Assembly: GCA_022823055.1 (NCBI GenBank)
Contig: JAJDXX010000064.1
Coordinates: forward strand, 34,788 to 98,787
Source: Candidatus Binatia bacterium
Lineage (GTDB): Bacteria; Desulfobacterota; Binatia; UBA9968; JAJDTQ01
Direction of reading: 5' to 3'
DNA length: 64,000 bases
The position numbers were made by a program, and so were the translations under genes. The notes under the pieces are model-generated. The model ran no database searches, was not told where the DNA came from, and saw only the letters and a list, made by a program, of their open reading frames with translations. Below, piece by piece: positions 49,893 to 58,586 of the stretch. How positions within the stretch are numbered: position 1 is the first letter of the stretch; every line of letters begins with the position of its first letter.

Positions 49893-50990
49893 ATGGCGAC
49901 GGCAACCAACCGATACAAGCCGAACTACGCGGTCCCGCCGGGATGGCTCCTTGAGGAGCGCCTGGAGGTCCAGGGGATTTCACATGCCAAGTTCGCGCGC
50001 AGGTGCGGACGCTCTCCCAAGCTGATCAGCGAGATCATCGCAGGCAAAGCGCCGCTCGAACCGGCCACGGCGCTCCAGTTCGAGAAGGTGCTTGGCGTTG
50101 ATGCCGGCATCTGGCTTGGGATCGAGGCCGACTATCAACTTCACAGGGCTCGGGAGGCTGAGGCCACGGAAGCGGCTGCGGCGGTGGACTGGGCCAAGGC
50201 CTTTCCGGTCCGGGAGTTGGTCAAGCGAGCCTGTTTCCCACGCCCGGAATCGGATGTTGATGCAGTAGCCAAGTTACTGGCGTTTTTCGGAGTCGGTTCC
50301 ATCGACGCGTGGACCGGACGCTACGGCCTCGCGAATGTCGCCTTCCGGCACTCCCCAAGCTTCAAGAGCAACAAGACTGCATTGATCACCTGGCTGCGGC
50401 TTGGTGAACTCGAAGCCGAACGCCAGGATTGCGTGGACTACGACGAAAACCGATTTAAACACGCGGTTCGGAGTATCCGCGAACTGACCCGCAAACCGGT
50501 TGATGAGGCGCTGCGGGGAACGGAAAGGCTGTGCAACGGGGCCGGCGTTGCTCTGGCGTTGGTGCCTCCGCTGCCGAAGACAGCCCTCAGCGGTGCAGCT
50601 TGGTGGCTCTCGCCGAGGAAGGCCGTTCTTCAGCTAAGCGCCCGGCACAAGTCCGACGATCACCTCTGGTTCAGCTTCTTCCACGAAGCCGCGCATATTC
50701 TTCTTCACAGCAAGAAAAGCGTTTTTGTTGACGAACGTGGCGGAGACGACGCCGGGCTGGAAGCTGAGGCCAACGAGTGGGCGTCCAACACTCTCGTCCC
50801 GCAACGTGTGTGGGAACCATTCGTTGCCGCATCGCTGTTCAGCGAGCAAGCCGTCCGGGCATTTGCCGACCAGCAGGGAATTGCTCCCGGTATCGTTGTT
50901 GGCAGGCTTCAACACAAGAGGCTTGTTCCCTGGACGCGCCTGAACAGCCTGAAGGCCAAGTTAAGCTGGACGACCACCTCAAATGGCTAA
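49893..50990 (+). CDS. HigA-type XRE HTH antitoxin fused to an ImmA/IrrE (M78) metallopeptidase domain
   Basis: 365 aa. The N-terminal HTH is GISHAKFARRCGRSPKLISEIIAGKAPLEPATALQFEKVLG. The C-terminal half has FFHEAAHILLH (HExxH) and EAEANEWASNTLVP. Confidence 0.85.
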   Translation: MATATNRYKPNYAVPPGWLLEERLEVQGISHAKFARRCGRSPKLISEIIAGKAPLEPATALQFEKVLGVDAGIWLGIEADYQLHRAREAEATEAAAAVDWAKAFPVRELVKRACFPRPESDVDAVAKLLAFFGVGSIDAWTGRYGLANVAFRHSPSFKSNKTALITWLRLGELEAERQDCVDYDENRFKHAVRSIRELTRKPVDEALRGTERLCNGAGVALALVPPLPKTALSGAAWWLSPRKAVLQLSARHKSDDHLWFSFFHEAAHILLHSKKSVFVDERGGDDAGLEAEANEWASNTLVPQRVWEPFVAASLFSEQAVRAFADQQGIAPGIVVGRLQHKRLVPWTRLNSLKAKLSWTTTSNG

Positions 50991-51208
50991 GCCGGCACCA
51001 CACAGAGGTCACGGTCAGCCTTACAAGCATCGTATAGAACCAAGTCAGGGAAACATTGCAGCCGCCCTATCCTGCCTGGATTCCCGCCCCCGATCGGGTC
51101 CAGGGCAAGCTTTCCGCGGGAATGACGTTTCGGGCGGCCACTGCATTTGTAGCCCTTGAATTCATTCGGCAATAGTTTACTGTCGATGAACCGGGAGCTT
51201 GGTGCACG

Positions 51209-52612
51209 ATGTTTCTGAGCGTCTTCGATCTCTTCAAGGTGGGCGTCGGTCCGTCGTCCTCCCACACGATGGGGCCGATGGCGGCGGCCGGCGCTTTTGT
51301 CGAGCTGGTTCGGGAACGCTGCCGGGGCGAGGCGCCGCCGGGCCACTGGCTGCGCATCCGCGCTTCGCTCCACGGCTCTCTCGCCTTTACCGGCAAGGGG
51401 CACGCGACGGACCGGGCGGTCATGCTCGGGCTCCTGGGCCATCGGGCCGCGGACCTCGACCTCGACCTGGCGGAGGCCGACCTCGACTCTCTGCGGCAAA
51501 ACCGCCTCCTGCCTCCATCGGACGGCCTCTCCCTTGCGTTCGACCCGGACGGCGATCTGGTTTTCGACCGGCGCGTGCGTCTGCCGGGTCATCCCAACGG
51601 GCTTCGTTTCGAGGCGGTGGATTCGGCCGGCGCGGTCCGGCTAACCCAAGTCTACTATTCGATCGGCGGCGGCTTCATCGTCACCGAAGAAGAACTCGCC
51701 CGGGGCGCGCCCGCAGCCGACGGCGAGGATGAGGACCCGTCCTGCCCGTTCCCCTTCGACACTGCCGCGGCCATGCTGCGGATGGCAGGCGAAAGCGGCA
51801 AGAGCATCGCGGAGATGGCACGCGCGAACGAGCGCGTCCGGCGGTCCGACGGTGAGTTGGACGCCGGGCTCCGGTCCATCTGGAGCGCGATGAACGAATG
51901 CGTGGAGCGTGGCCTGGCCGCGCGCGGCGAACTGTCCGGTGGGTTGAAAGTGAAGCGGCGCGCGAGCGCGCTGTTCGAACAGTTGCACCGCGAACGGGAT
52001 TCCAACCGGATGCAGCCGCACGTGGTCACGGACTGGCTCAACGTCTACGCCATGGCCGTGAACGAAGAGAACGCGGCCGGCGGCAAGGTGGTGACCGCGC
52101 CCACCAACGGCGCGGCCGGGGTCGTTCCGGCGGTGCTTCGATACTATCGGGACCACTGCATCGGCGCCGCCGAGGACCTCATCCCCGACTTCCTGCTCAC
52201 CGCGGCCGCCATCGGCGGGCTCATCAAGCACAACGCGTCGATCTCCGGCGCCGACGCCGGCTGCCAGGCCGAGGTCGGCTCCGCCTCCGCCATGGCAGCC
52301 GCCGGCCTGTGCGCCGTTCTCGGCGGTACGCCCGCGCAGGTCGAAAACGCGGCCGAGATCGCCCTCGAACACCACCTCGGCATGACCTGCGACCCGGTGG
52401 CGGGCTTGGTCCAGATCCCCTGCATCGAGCGCAACGGCATCGGCGCGAACAAGGCGGTGGCGGCCGCCTCGCTGGCGCTGCGAGGAGACGGCAGCCACTT
52501 CATGCCCCTCGACAACTGCATCGCGGCCATGCGCGAAACCGGCCAGGAAATGAGCACGCGCTTCAAGGAGACCAGCCTCGGCGGCCTCGCCGTGAACCTG
52601 CCGCAGTGCTGA
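51209..52612 (+). CDS. sdaA: L-serine ammonia-lyase (Fe-S dependent, single-chain)
   Basis: 467 aa. [24 protein letters not shown]..., GHPNGLRF and the C-terminal alpha-domain motifs. Confidence 0.95.
   Translation: MFLSVFDLFKVGVGPSSSHTMGPMAAAGAFVELVRERCRGEAPPGHWLRIRASLHGSLAFTGKGHATDRAVMLGLLGHRAADLDLDLAEADLDSLRQNRLLPPSDGLSLAFDPDGDLVFDRRVRLPGHPNGLRFEAVDSAGAVRLTQVYYSIGGGFIVTEEELARGAPAADGEDEDPSCPFPFDTAAAMLRMAGESGKSIAEMARANERVRRSDGELDAGLRSIWSAMNECVERGLAARGELSGGLKVKRRASALFEQLHRERDSNRMQPHVVTDWLNVYAMAVNEENAAGGKVVTAPTNGAAGVVPAVLRYYRDHCIGAAEDLIPDFLLTAAAIGGLIKHNASISGADAGCQAEVGSASAMAAAGLCAVLGGTPAQVENAAEIALEHHLGMTCDPVAGLVQIPCIERNGIGANKAVAAASLALRGDGSHFMPLDNCIAAMRETGQEMSTRFKETSLGGLAVNLPQC
51590..51609 (+). 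repeat. right copy of the exact 20-bp direct repeat CATCCCAACGGGCTTCGTTT (inside sdaA)
   Basis: Identical to 49456-49475. The two copies are 2134 bp apart. Confidence 0.85.
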
Positions 52613-52713
52613 CACCCTCTCCGCGCTCCGGCGGGAGACCGGATGGGCGAAGCGACCAACCAATACAAACCGGACTTGAAGACTTGTTCGGATAGTCGAG
52701 ATCGCGAGCCGGT

Positions 52714-53115
52714 TCACTCGCCGCTCAGCGCCTCGGCCCCGGCCTTTGCCACGACTTCGTCATCGTCGGCGACGCCCGACACGCCGACGCCGCCGACACA
52801 TTGGCTTTGGTACACCAGCGGCACGCCGCCGGTCACCGCGATGGCGTTGGGGTAGGTGAGGAAGCCCGGGCGCTCCTTCACGCGGGCTTCGAGGCTGGAG
52901 CTGGGGCGTTCGCGGAAGGCGGCGGTCCGGGCCTTGCCGGTGGCCATGTCGACGCTGTTGGCGGGCTGGTCATCGGGCCGTTCCAGGTACATGAGCACGC
53001 CGGAGCCGTCCACGACCGCGATGGTGGCGGCGCGCCCTACCCTGTCGGCTTCCCGCCGGCACGCGGCGACGATCCGGTGCACGTCCTCGAGTGTCAGGCT
53101 GAACTTGCTGCGCAT
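52714..53115 (-). CDS. GlcG/HbpS-like (DUF336) haem-binding protein
   Basis: The last 133 codons of ORF 52714..53778, starting at ATG 53115. ...TIAVVDGSGVLMYLERPD...GGVPLVYQSQCVGGVGVSG. Confidence 0.8.
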   Translation of the reverse strand: MRSKFSLTLEDVHRIVAACRREADRVGRAATIAVVDGSGVLMYLERPDDQPANSVDMATGKARTAAFRERPSSSLEARVKERPGFLTYPNAIAVTGGVPLVYQSQCVGGVGVSGVADDDEVVAKAGAEALSGE

Positions 53116-53162
53116 GGTCTTGTGTCTTCCTTTCCGTGATGCTTCGCGGACGCGTGGGGACG

Positions 53163-54701
53163 TCATGGCGCGCTCGCCAGCGCGGTGACCTGTTCGCGCA
53201 GCTTTGCCTTCTCGACCTTTCCGTTGGGCAGTTTGGGCAGCGAGTCGACGAAGCGGATCTCCCCGGGCCTCTTGTACGGCGCGATTTTCTGCCGGCAGTG
53301 CTCGATCAACGACTCTTCCGTGACGCGGGGAACCTCGCGCCGCACCACGAAGGCGAGCACCGATTCGCCCCAACGCGCGTCCGGGCGCCCGATCACCGCC
53401 GCTTCGACCACGCCGGGGTGGCTCGCAAGCGCGTCCTCCACCTCTCGGGAGTAGATGTTCTCTCCTCCGGAGATGATCATGTCCTTGAGCCGGTCGATGA
53501 CGAAGATGAACCCTTCCTCGTCCGCCATGCCGACGTCGCCGGTATGGAGCCAGCCGTGCCGGATGATCTCGGCCGTGGCCTCGGGGTTGCGCCAATATCC
53601 GATCATGAGCGAGGAGCTCTGGATGACGATCTCGCCCGCCTCGCCCACCGGGCAGGAGACGCCGTCCGTATCCACCACCCGCACGTCGCAGCCGATCATG
53701 GGCTGGCCCGCGGAGCGCAGCCGCCGCACCACGTGCTCGGGGCCGTCCAGCAGGTGCTGATGGGCGTGCAGCACGCATCCTGGGCCGGCGGATTCGGTCA
53801 TGCCGTAGAACTGCGCGAAGATCGGCCCGAACCCCTTCATGGCGCGGCGCAGCAGGGCTTCCGGCATCGGCGCCGCCGAATAGAAGAGCCTGGACAGCCT
53901 GGGCAGCGACCCGCGGCCGGCCGGTGTCGTTTCCAGCAGGTCGCCGAGCATGGTGGGCGCGAGCAGCGTAGCGGTCACGTCGTTAGCCCGGAGGGACTCG
54001 AAGAACGCACGCGGGCGGTAGTTCCGGTGAAGGACGATCGCGCAGCCGTGCAAAGCGTACGCCAGCGACGTGAGCCGCCCGCCAATGTGGTAGAGCGGCA
54101 TGGTGAGCGCAACCCGGTCGTCGGGCCGAACCAGCGACTCCAGCGCGGTGAGACGTGCGGCCTCCATCATGCCGCGGTGGCTCAGCATCACGCCCTTGGG
54201 CCGGCCGGTGGTGCCGCTGGTGTAGATCAGGTAGGCGCAGTCGTCCGGTTTCAACACAGTCGGCGGCGGTTCGGGCTGTTCCACCGCCAGCGCGGCCTCG
54301 TAGGACACGTCGACCGAAGCATCCCCGATGACGAGAACATGATCAAGCCGAGCCGATGCCGCCGGGCTCAACCGGTCCAGGGACTCGGCGCCCACGATCA
54401 TCGCCTTGGGCTCGCTGTCGGCGAGGATGAAGTCGATCTCGGGCGCGGCCAGCCGGTAGTTGACCGTCACGCTGGTCCAGCCGCCCAACTCGCCGGCGGC
54501 GTACGCTTCGAGATACTCGGGGCAGTTCTGCGCCAGGATGGCGACCCGGTCGCCGCGCGCCACCCCCCGGCGCCGCAGCGCGGCGGCAAGCTGAAGGGCG
54601 CGCTCGGCGAAGACACGGTGCGTGATGGTCCGTCCCTCGAACAGGATGGCCGCCGCATCGGGTCTCAGCCGCGAGTTCCGCAGCGTCAGGGAGCCAAGCA
54701 T
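53163..54701 (-). CDS. AMP-dependent acyl-CoA synthetase/ligase
   Basis: Start at ATG 54701. AMP-binding motif YTSGTTGRPKGV, ...GWLHTGD..., and the C-terminal PKLPNGKVEK. Confidence 0.9.
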   Translation of the reverse strand: MLGSLTLRNSRLRPDAAAILFEGRTITHRVFAERALQLAAALRRRGVARGDRVAILAQNCPEYLEAYAAGELGGWTSVTVNYRLAAPEIDFILADSEPKAMIVGAESLDRLSPAASARLDHVLVIGDASVDVSYEAALAVEQPEPPPTVLKPDDCAYLIYTSGTTGRPKGVMLSHRGMMEAARLTALESLVRPDDRVALTMPLYHIGGRLTSLAYALHGCAIVLHRNYRPRAFFESLRANDVTATLLAPTMLGDLLETTPAGRGSLPRLSRLFYSAAPMPEALLRRAMKGFGPIFAQFYGMTESAGPGCVLHAHQHLLDGPEHVVRRLRSAGQPMIGCDVRVVDTDGVSCPVGEAGEIVIQSSSLMIGYWRNPEATAEIIRHGWLHTGDVGMADEEGFIFVIDRLKDMIISGGENIYSREVEDALASHPGVVEAAVIGRPDARWGESVLAFVVRREVPRVTEESLIEHCRQKIAPYKRPGEIRFVDSLPKLPNGKVEKAKLREQVTALASAP

Positions 54702-54727
54702 GGTTCGGGTAGCGGCCGACTCCCGCG

Positions 54728-55444
54728 TTACCCCTCGAACGAGCGGGATTTCAGCCAGCGCCTGCGGCTTTGGTGCAAGCCCAGGTCCGCGAAGACCGCG
54801 GCGATGCGGATGGGTGCGCCGATGCCTTCCGATACCGGAACGCCCAACTCCTTCATCAGCCACTTGGGATCGATGTGAACCGGACACTGAGTGATGCCGG
54901 TGGGAATGATCACGTCGGCGCCGTCCTGGTCGATGAGCTTGCGGGCCGAGGCGACGAAGTTCTCGACCATGGCATCGTGGTTGGCCGCGATGTCCGGCAG
55001 GTCGAAACCCGATCCGGCCCAGCCGACGATCTTGTGCTCCATGACGTAGCGCCGCGCGAGACCCTGCAGCACCGGGAAGTGAATCTCGTTGTAGGCGATG
55101 CAACCGAACCGGTCACCCATCAGCGCGGCGACGTGAAGCGCGGTCTCGAAGGGCGCAAGAATGGGAATGTCGACCGCGGACCGTCCGCCGTCCACTCCCA
55201 GGTCGAGGAAACCCAGCGGCACCGCGGCGTCGTAGCCTTGTGCTTCGGCCTCTCGAAACGCCTGGATCAGCGCGGGCGACACCATCGTGATCTCGGCCTG
55301 CGTCATGCCGTGGAAGTAGGGCGTCACCGGGGCGGACACGATGCCGACCTCCACCTCCGCGGTCGCGTAGGACAGGGCGACCTTCTCGCGCCGGGTGCGC
55401 TCCTCCGAAGGGTAATCGTCAACGACGAAGGCAACACGGGCCAT
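54728..55444 (-). CDS. Asp/Glu/hydantoin racemase family protein
   Basis: Start at ATG 55444 (MARVAFVVDDYPSEE...). ...VIIPTGITQCP... gives the Cys-containing motif context. Confidence 0.7.
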   Translation of the reverse strand: MARVAFVVDDYPSEERTRREKVALSYATAEVEVGIVSAPVTPYFHGMTQAEITMVSPALIQAFREAEAQGYDAAVPLGFLDLGVDGGRSAVDIPILAPFETALHVAALMGDRFGCIAYNEIHFPVLQGLARRYVMEHKIVGWAGSGFDLPDIAANHDAMVENFVASARKLIDQDGADVIIPTGITQCPVHIDPKWLMKELGVPVSEGIGAPIRIAAVFADLGLHQSRRRWLKSRSFEG

Positions 55445-55478
55445 GGCTGATTCTCCTTTCCCGTCTTCCGAGCGGAGG

Positions 55479-56189
55479 CTACGCCTCACTACGCCGGGCA
55501 AGCCACGCCCGCGCCTCGGCCAGCAACGCCTCGAGCGTCCGCTCCACCGGGTTCTCGTCTGTCAGCTTTTCCTCCGCCGCCGCGACCTCTTTGCCAAACT
55601 CCGTCCACAACTCCCTGAGCCGCTCGAAATCGAACGTGGTCGGCCAGAGCCGCCGGCCCAGCACGATGTCCATGATCTCGTCCTGGTCCACGTCGAGATC
55701 GCGCCCTGTCTCGTCCAGCAGCGCCTGCTTGAGGTCGATCTGCGGCTCGCCCAGGTAGTCCGCCCGGGCCATGGCGCCGAGGAGCCGGTGGCCGGTGCGG
55801 AACGGCACGCCGAAATCGTACACCAGCCGGTCGTGGGCTTCGCTGGAGCCCGCGTAGTCGGTGGTGGACTTGCGTCTGAGCTCCTCCGGATCGAACCGGC
55901 CGTGCTCGATCACATCCGCCATGTAGCGGGTGCGGGCGACGATGTCCGCCGCGCCCTCGTACAGGCTCGCCGAATGATAGATTGGCTCGGACCCTTCCGA
56001 CGGTCCCCCGGCGGCGGACGACATCTCGCCGGCGAGGCGGGTCGCGGCCATGATGGCGCCGCCGATGACCGCCTGGAAGCCGAACGGAACCTTGGCGTGG
56101 GGCAGGGCGCTGCTTCCGCCGGAGTGCGCGTCCGCGGGCACGAAGAAGCCGAACTCGGGCGTCATCCAGATGCGCTTGAGAAGGCACGG
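55479..56189 (-). pseudogene. C-terminal ~40% of a fumarate-lyase-superfamily (ArgH/PurB-like) gene, 5'-truncated
   Basis: The signature GSSALPHAK (GSSxMPxK) sits about 15 residues into the ORF, whereas it normally lies near residue 280. Similarity (LLKRIWMTPEFGFF) runs up to an in-frame stop at 56190-56192, 18 nt from vapC. Confidence 0.65.
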
Positions 56190-56209
56190 TCACGCAACAC
56201 CGTCGCAAC

Positions 56210-56596
56210 TCATGTGGCTGTTTCCAGTTCCGTATGACGGGCCAGGACGTCGAAGTCGGCATCTCTGTGGAGTACAGGTATACGGGCGTGGATGGCGACG
56301 GCGGCGATGAGGCAGTCGATCAACTTGCGAACGGTCTCGCCTTCCCTGCGACATGCACGGTACAACGCCGCGGCGTCGTCGTAGCGGGCAGGCTCCGTCG
56401 GCAACACCGTCGCAAGCGCGAGCAATCGCCGGAGTGCCTGAAGGTGCCGCTCGTCACGGGCGCCGGCGAGCACTTCCATCCGAATCGCGTCGCAGACGGC
56501 TATCTCTTCTTCGAGCAGGGCATCGACACGGTCGCAGGTCGGGGAGCCCGTGTTGCGAAGGAACTCGATCCAAGCGGACGTGTCGATCAGGATCAC
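56210..56596 (-). CDS. vapC: PIN-domain toxin VapC, second module
   Basis: 128 aa. MILIDTSAWIEFL... and the C-terminal VLHRDADFD. Confidence 0.9.
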   Translation of the reverse strand: MILIDTSAWIEFLRNTGSPTCDRVDALLEEEIAVCDAIRMEVLAGARDERHLQALRRLLALATVLPTEPARYDDAAALYRACRREGETVRKLIDCLIAAVAIHARIPVLHRDADFDVLARHTELETAT

Positions 56597-56793
56597 GACG
56601 GGCGGGTCCGCATCTCGTCCAGGTCACCTTCCCATCCCGCGCCCCGAAGGCGCCGGGCCTCCTCGACAGTGAAGGGCTCGGCTGCGAGGGCTCGAAGCGC
56701 GAAGTTTACCGCTTCGCGCTTGCTGGGTAGACGGTAGCGGCGCATCACTTCCGTGCATGCTTCATCATCAATGTCAATATTGGTACGTGACAT
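56593..56793 (-). CDS. vapB: VapB-type antitoxin, second module
   Basis: ATG at 56793 (MSRTNIDIDDEACTEVM...). Same family as the first VapB. 4-nt overlap with vapC. Confidence 0.85.
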   Translation of the reverse strand: MSRTNIDIDDEACTEVMRRYRLPSKREAVNFALRALAAEPFTVEEARRLRGAGWEGDLDEMRTRPS

Positions 56794-56809
56794 ACACCTA
56801 CAATACACC
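56792..56809. promoter_or_regulatory. direct repeat ATACACC-N4-ATACACC (GGTGTAT on the coding strand) at the vapB-2 start
   Basis: Two exact 7-mers with an 11-bp period. The half-site resembles the arms of the vapB-1 inverted repeat. Confidence 0.4.
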
Positions 56810-56908
56810 AAACGCCGGGCATCGGCAAGGAAGCTCCAAGGGAGGTGTGTTACTTTGACGGGGAGGCAAGTGCATCTTGACCCCCTTCACGGTTAATGTT
56901 GAGTTACG

Positions 56909-56938
56909 CTTGATTGTCCGTGGAACCTTGATTGTCCG
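56909..56938 (+). promoter_or_regulatory. direct repeat CTTGATTGTCCG x2 (18-bp period) upstream of the amidase gene
   Basis: Two exact 12-mers lie 20-49 nt upstream of ATG 56958. Confidence 0.4.
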
Positions 56939-56957
56939 GGCATCAGAAATCCGTCCC

Positions 56958-58481
56958 ATGTCTATTGATAAACCGACGCGCGAACAACTGCGGGCCGCCG
57001 CGGACGGCCTCGGCGTCGACCTTTCCGACGACGAGCTGACCGGGTACCTGGAGCGGATGGAAGGTTTCGCTCGGGCCTATGCGCTGGTGGGCGAGGCGCC
57101 CGACCCGGTGCCGGCGGTGGGGCAACGGCGCGCGCCCGCGCGCCGGCCGAGACCGGCGGAGAACCGCTACAACGCGTGGTACGTCAAGACGTCCATCCGG
57201 GAAGAATACCGCGGCCGGCTCGCGGGCAAGACCCTGGCCGTGAAGGACTCCATCAGCGTGGCCGGCGTGCCGATGATGAACGGCGCTTCGTTCCTGGAGG
57301 GCCACGTGCCCGACGTCGACGCCACCGTGGTCACCCGTGCGCTCCACGCCGGCGCCGAAATCGTCGGCAAGACCAACTGCGAGTATCTGTCCCTTTCGGG
57401 CGGAAGCCACACCTGCGCCAACGGGCCAGTCATCAACCCGCACAAGGAGGGGTATTCGGCGGGCGGCTCGTCGTCCGGGAGCGCGGTGGCGGTGGCCGTG
57501 GGGGACGCGGGCATGGCCTTGGGCTGCGATCAGGCCGGTTCCATCCGGGTGCCCGCTGCCTGGTGCGGCATCGTCGGCATGAAGCCCACCCACGGCCTCG
57601 TCCCGTACACCGGGATCCTGGGGGTGGACCCCATGGTGGACCACTGCGGCCCCATGACGCGCGACGTGGACAACAACGCCTTGCTGCTGGAAGTGCTCGC
57701 CGGACGCGACGGCTTGGATCCACGCCAGCCCAGCACTTGGCAGCCGGTGAAATACACGGCGGCGCGCCGCGCCGGCGCCAAGGGCTTGCGCGTGGCCGTG
57801 GTCAAGGAAGGCTTCGGCCGGCACAATGCCGAGGCTGAAGTCGAAGGACACGTGCGGTCCGCGGCCGACACCCTGGTCCGAGCCGGGTTGGCGGTGGAGG
57901 AGGCGTCCGTTCCCGTACACAAGCAGGCCTGGCTGCTCGCCCAGCCCATCTACGTCGAAGGCCTCGCCCACTCCATGGGGCAATCGGGGGTCATGCCCGA
58001 CGCCGAAGGCCTCGGCCCGGGCCTGGCCGAGAAGTTCGCCAACTGGAGCGACCGCTGGCGGGAGTTGCCGGAGAACGTGTTGGCGCTGATCCTGTTCGGC
58101 GCCTTCGTGCGCGCCCGCGCCCCCGGACACCACTACGTCAAGGCGCAGCACCTGCGCCGAACCATCCGCCGCGCCTACGACGAGACCCTCTCCGGCTACG
58201 ACCTGCTGCTCATGCCCACCACCCCCATGGCGGCGACGCCCTTGCCCGACGCCGACGCCGGCCCGGCCGAGCGCGCCCGGCGGGCGGGCGAGATGCTCGC
58301 CAACACCGGCCCCTTCAACCTCACCGGACATCCCGCCATGACGATCCCCTGCGGCACGACGGCCGACGGACGGCCCGTGGGGATGATGCTGGCGGGCAGG
58401 CACTTCGACGAGTTCACGCTCTATCGAGCAGCGTACGCGTTCGAACGGACGAGCCGGCAGCTCTCACCAGCGTGCCCTTGA
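56958..58481 (+). CDS. amidase (amidase-signature family)
   Basis: ATG at 56958. The GGSSSGS signature and conserved KD...S context (LAVKDSISVAGVP) are present. Confidence 0.9.
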   Translation: MSIDKPTREQLRAAADGLGVDLSDDELTGYLERMEGFARAYALVGEAPDPVPAVGQRRAPARRPRPAENRYNAWYVKTSIREEYRGRLAGKTLAVKDSISVAGVPMMNGASFLEGHVPDVDATVVTRALHAGAEIVGKTNCEYLSLSGGSHTCANGPVINPHKEGYSAGGSSSGSAVAVAVGDAGMALGCDQAGSIRVPAAWCGIVGMKPTHGLVPYTGILGVDPMVDHCGPMTRDVDNNALLLEVLAGRDGLDPRQPSTWQPVKYTAARRAGAKGLRVAVVKEGFGRHNAEAEVEGHVRSAADTLVRAGLAVEEASVPVHKQAWLLAQPIYVEGLAHSMGQSGVMPDAEGLGPGLAEKFANWSDRWRELPENVLALILFGAFVRARAPGHHYVKAQHLRRTIRRAYDETLSGYDLLLMPTTPMAATPLPDADAGPAERARRAGEMLANTGPFNLTGHPAMTIPCGTTADGRPVGMMLAGRHFDEFTLYRAAYAFERTSRQLSPACP

Positions 58482-58586
58482 AGAGATTATTGACCGAGCG
58501 TTTATCCACTGATAGTGTGCTTGGCCACAAGCACGCATATGAAATGCGAGGGCATTTCGGTGCAATCGAATCATCTGACCCGTTCC

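Noticed and set aside
53116-53778. N-terminal 220 codons of ORF 52714..53778
   Set aside because: Only the last 133 codons (GlcG/DUF336) look like protein. The upstream part overlaps the 3' end of the acyl-CoA ligase gene and is Arg/Gly/Pro-rich. ATG 53115 gives the normal family length.
56194-56415. Exact 15-mer GCAACACCGTCGCAA at 56194-56208 and 56401-56415 as possible cassette-boundary repeats
   Set aside because: An exact 15-mer pair is about what chance predicts in 64 kb of biased-composition DNA. One copy is inside vapC coding sequence, and no extended homology flanks either copy.
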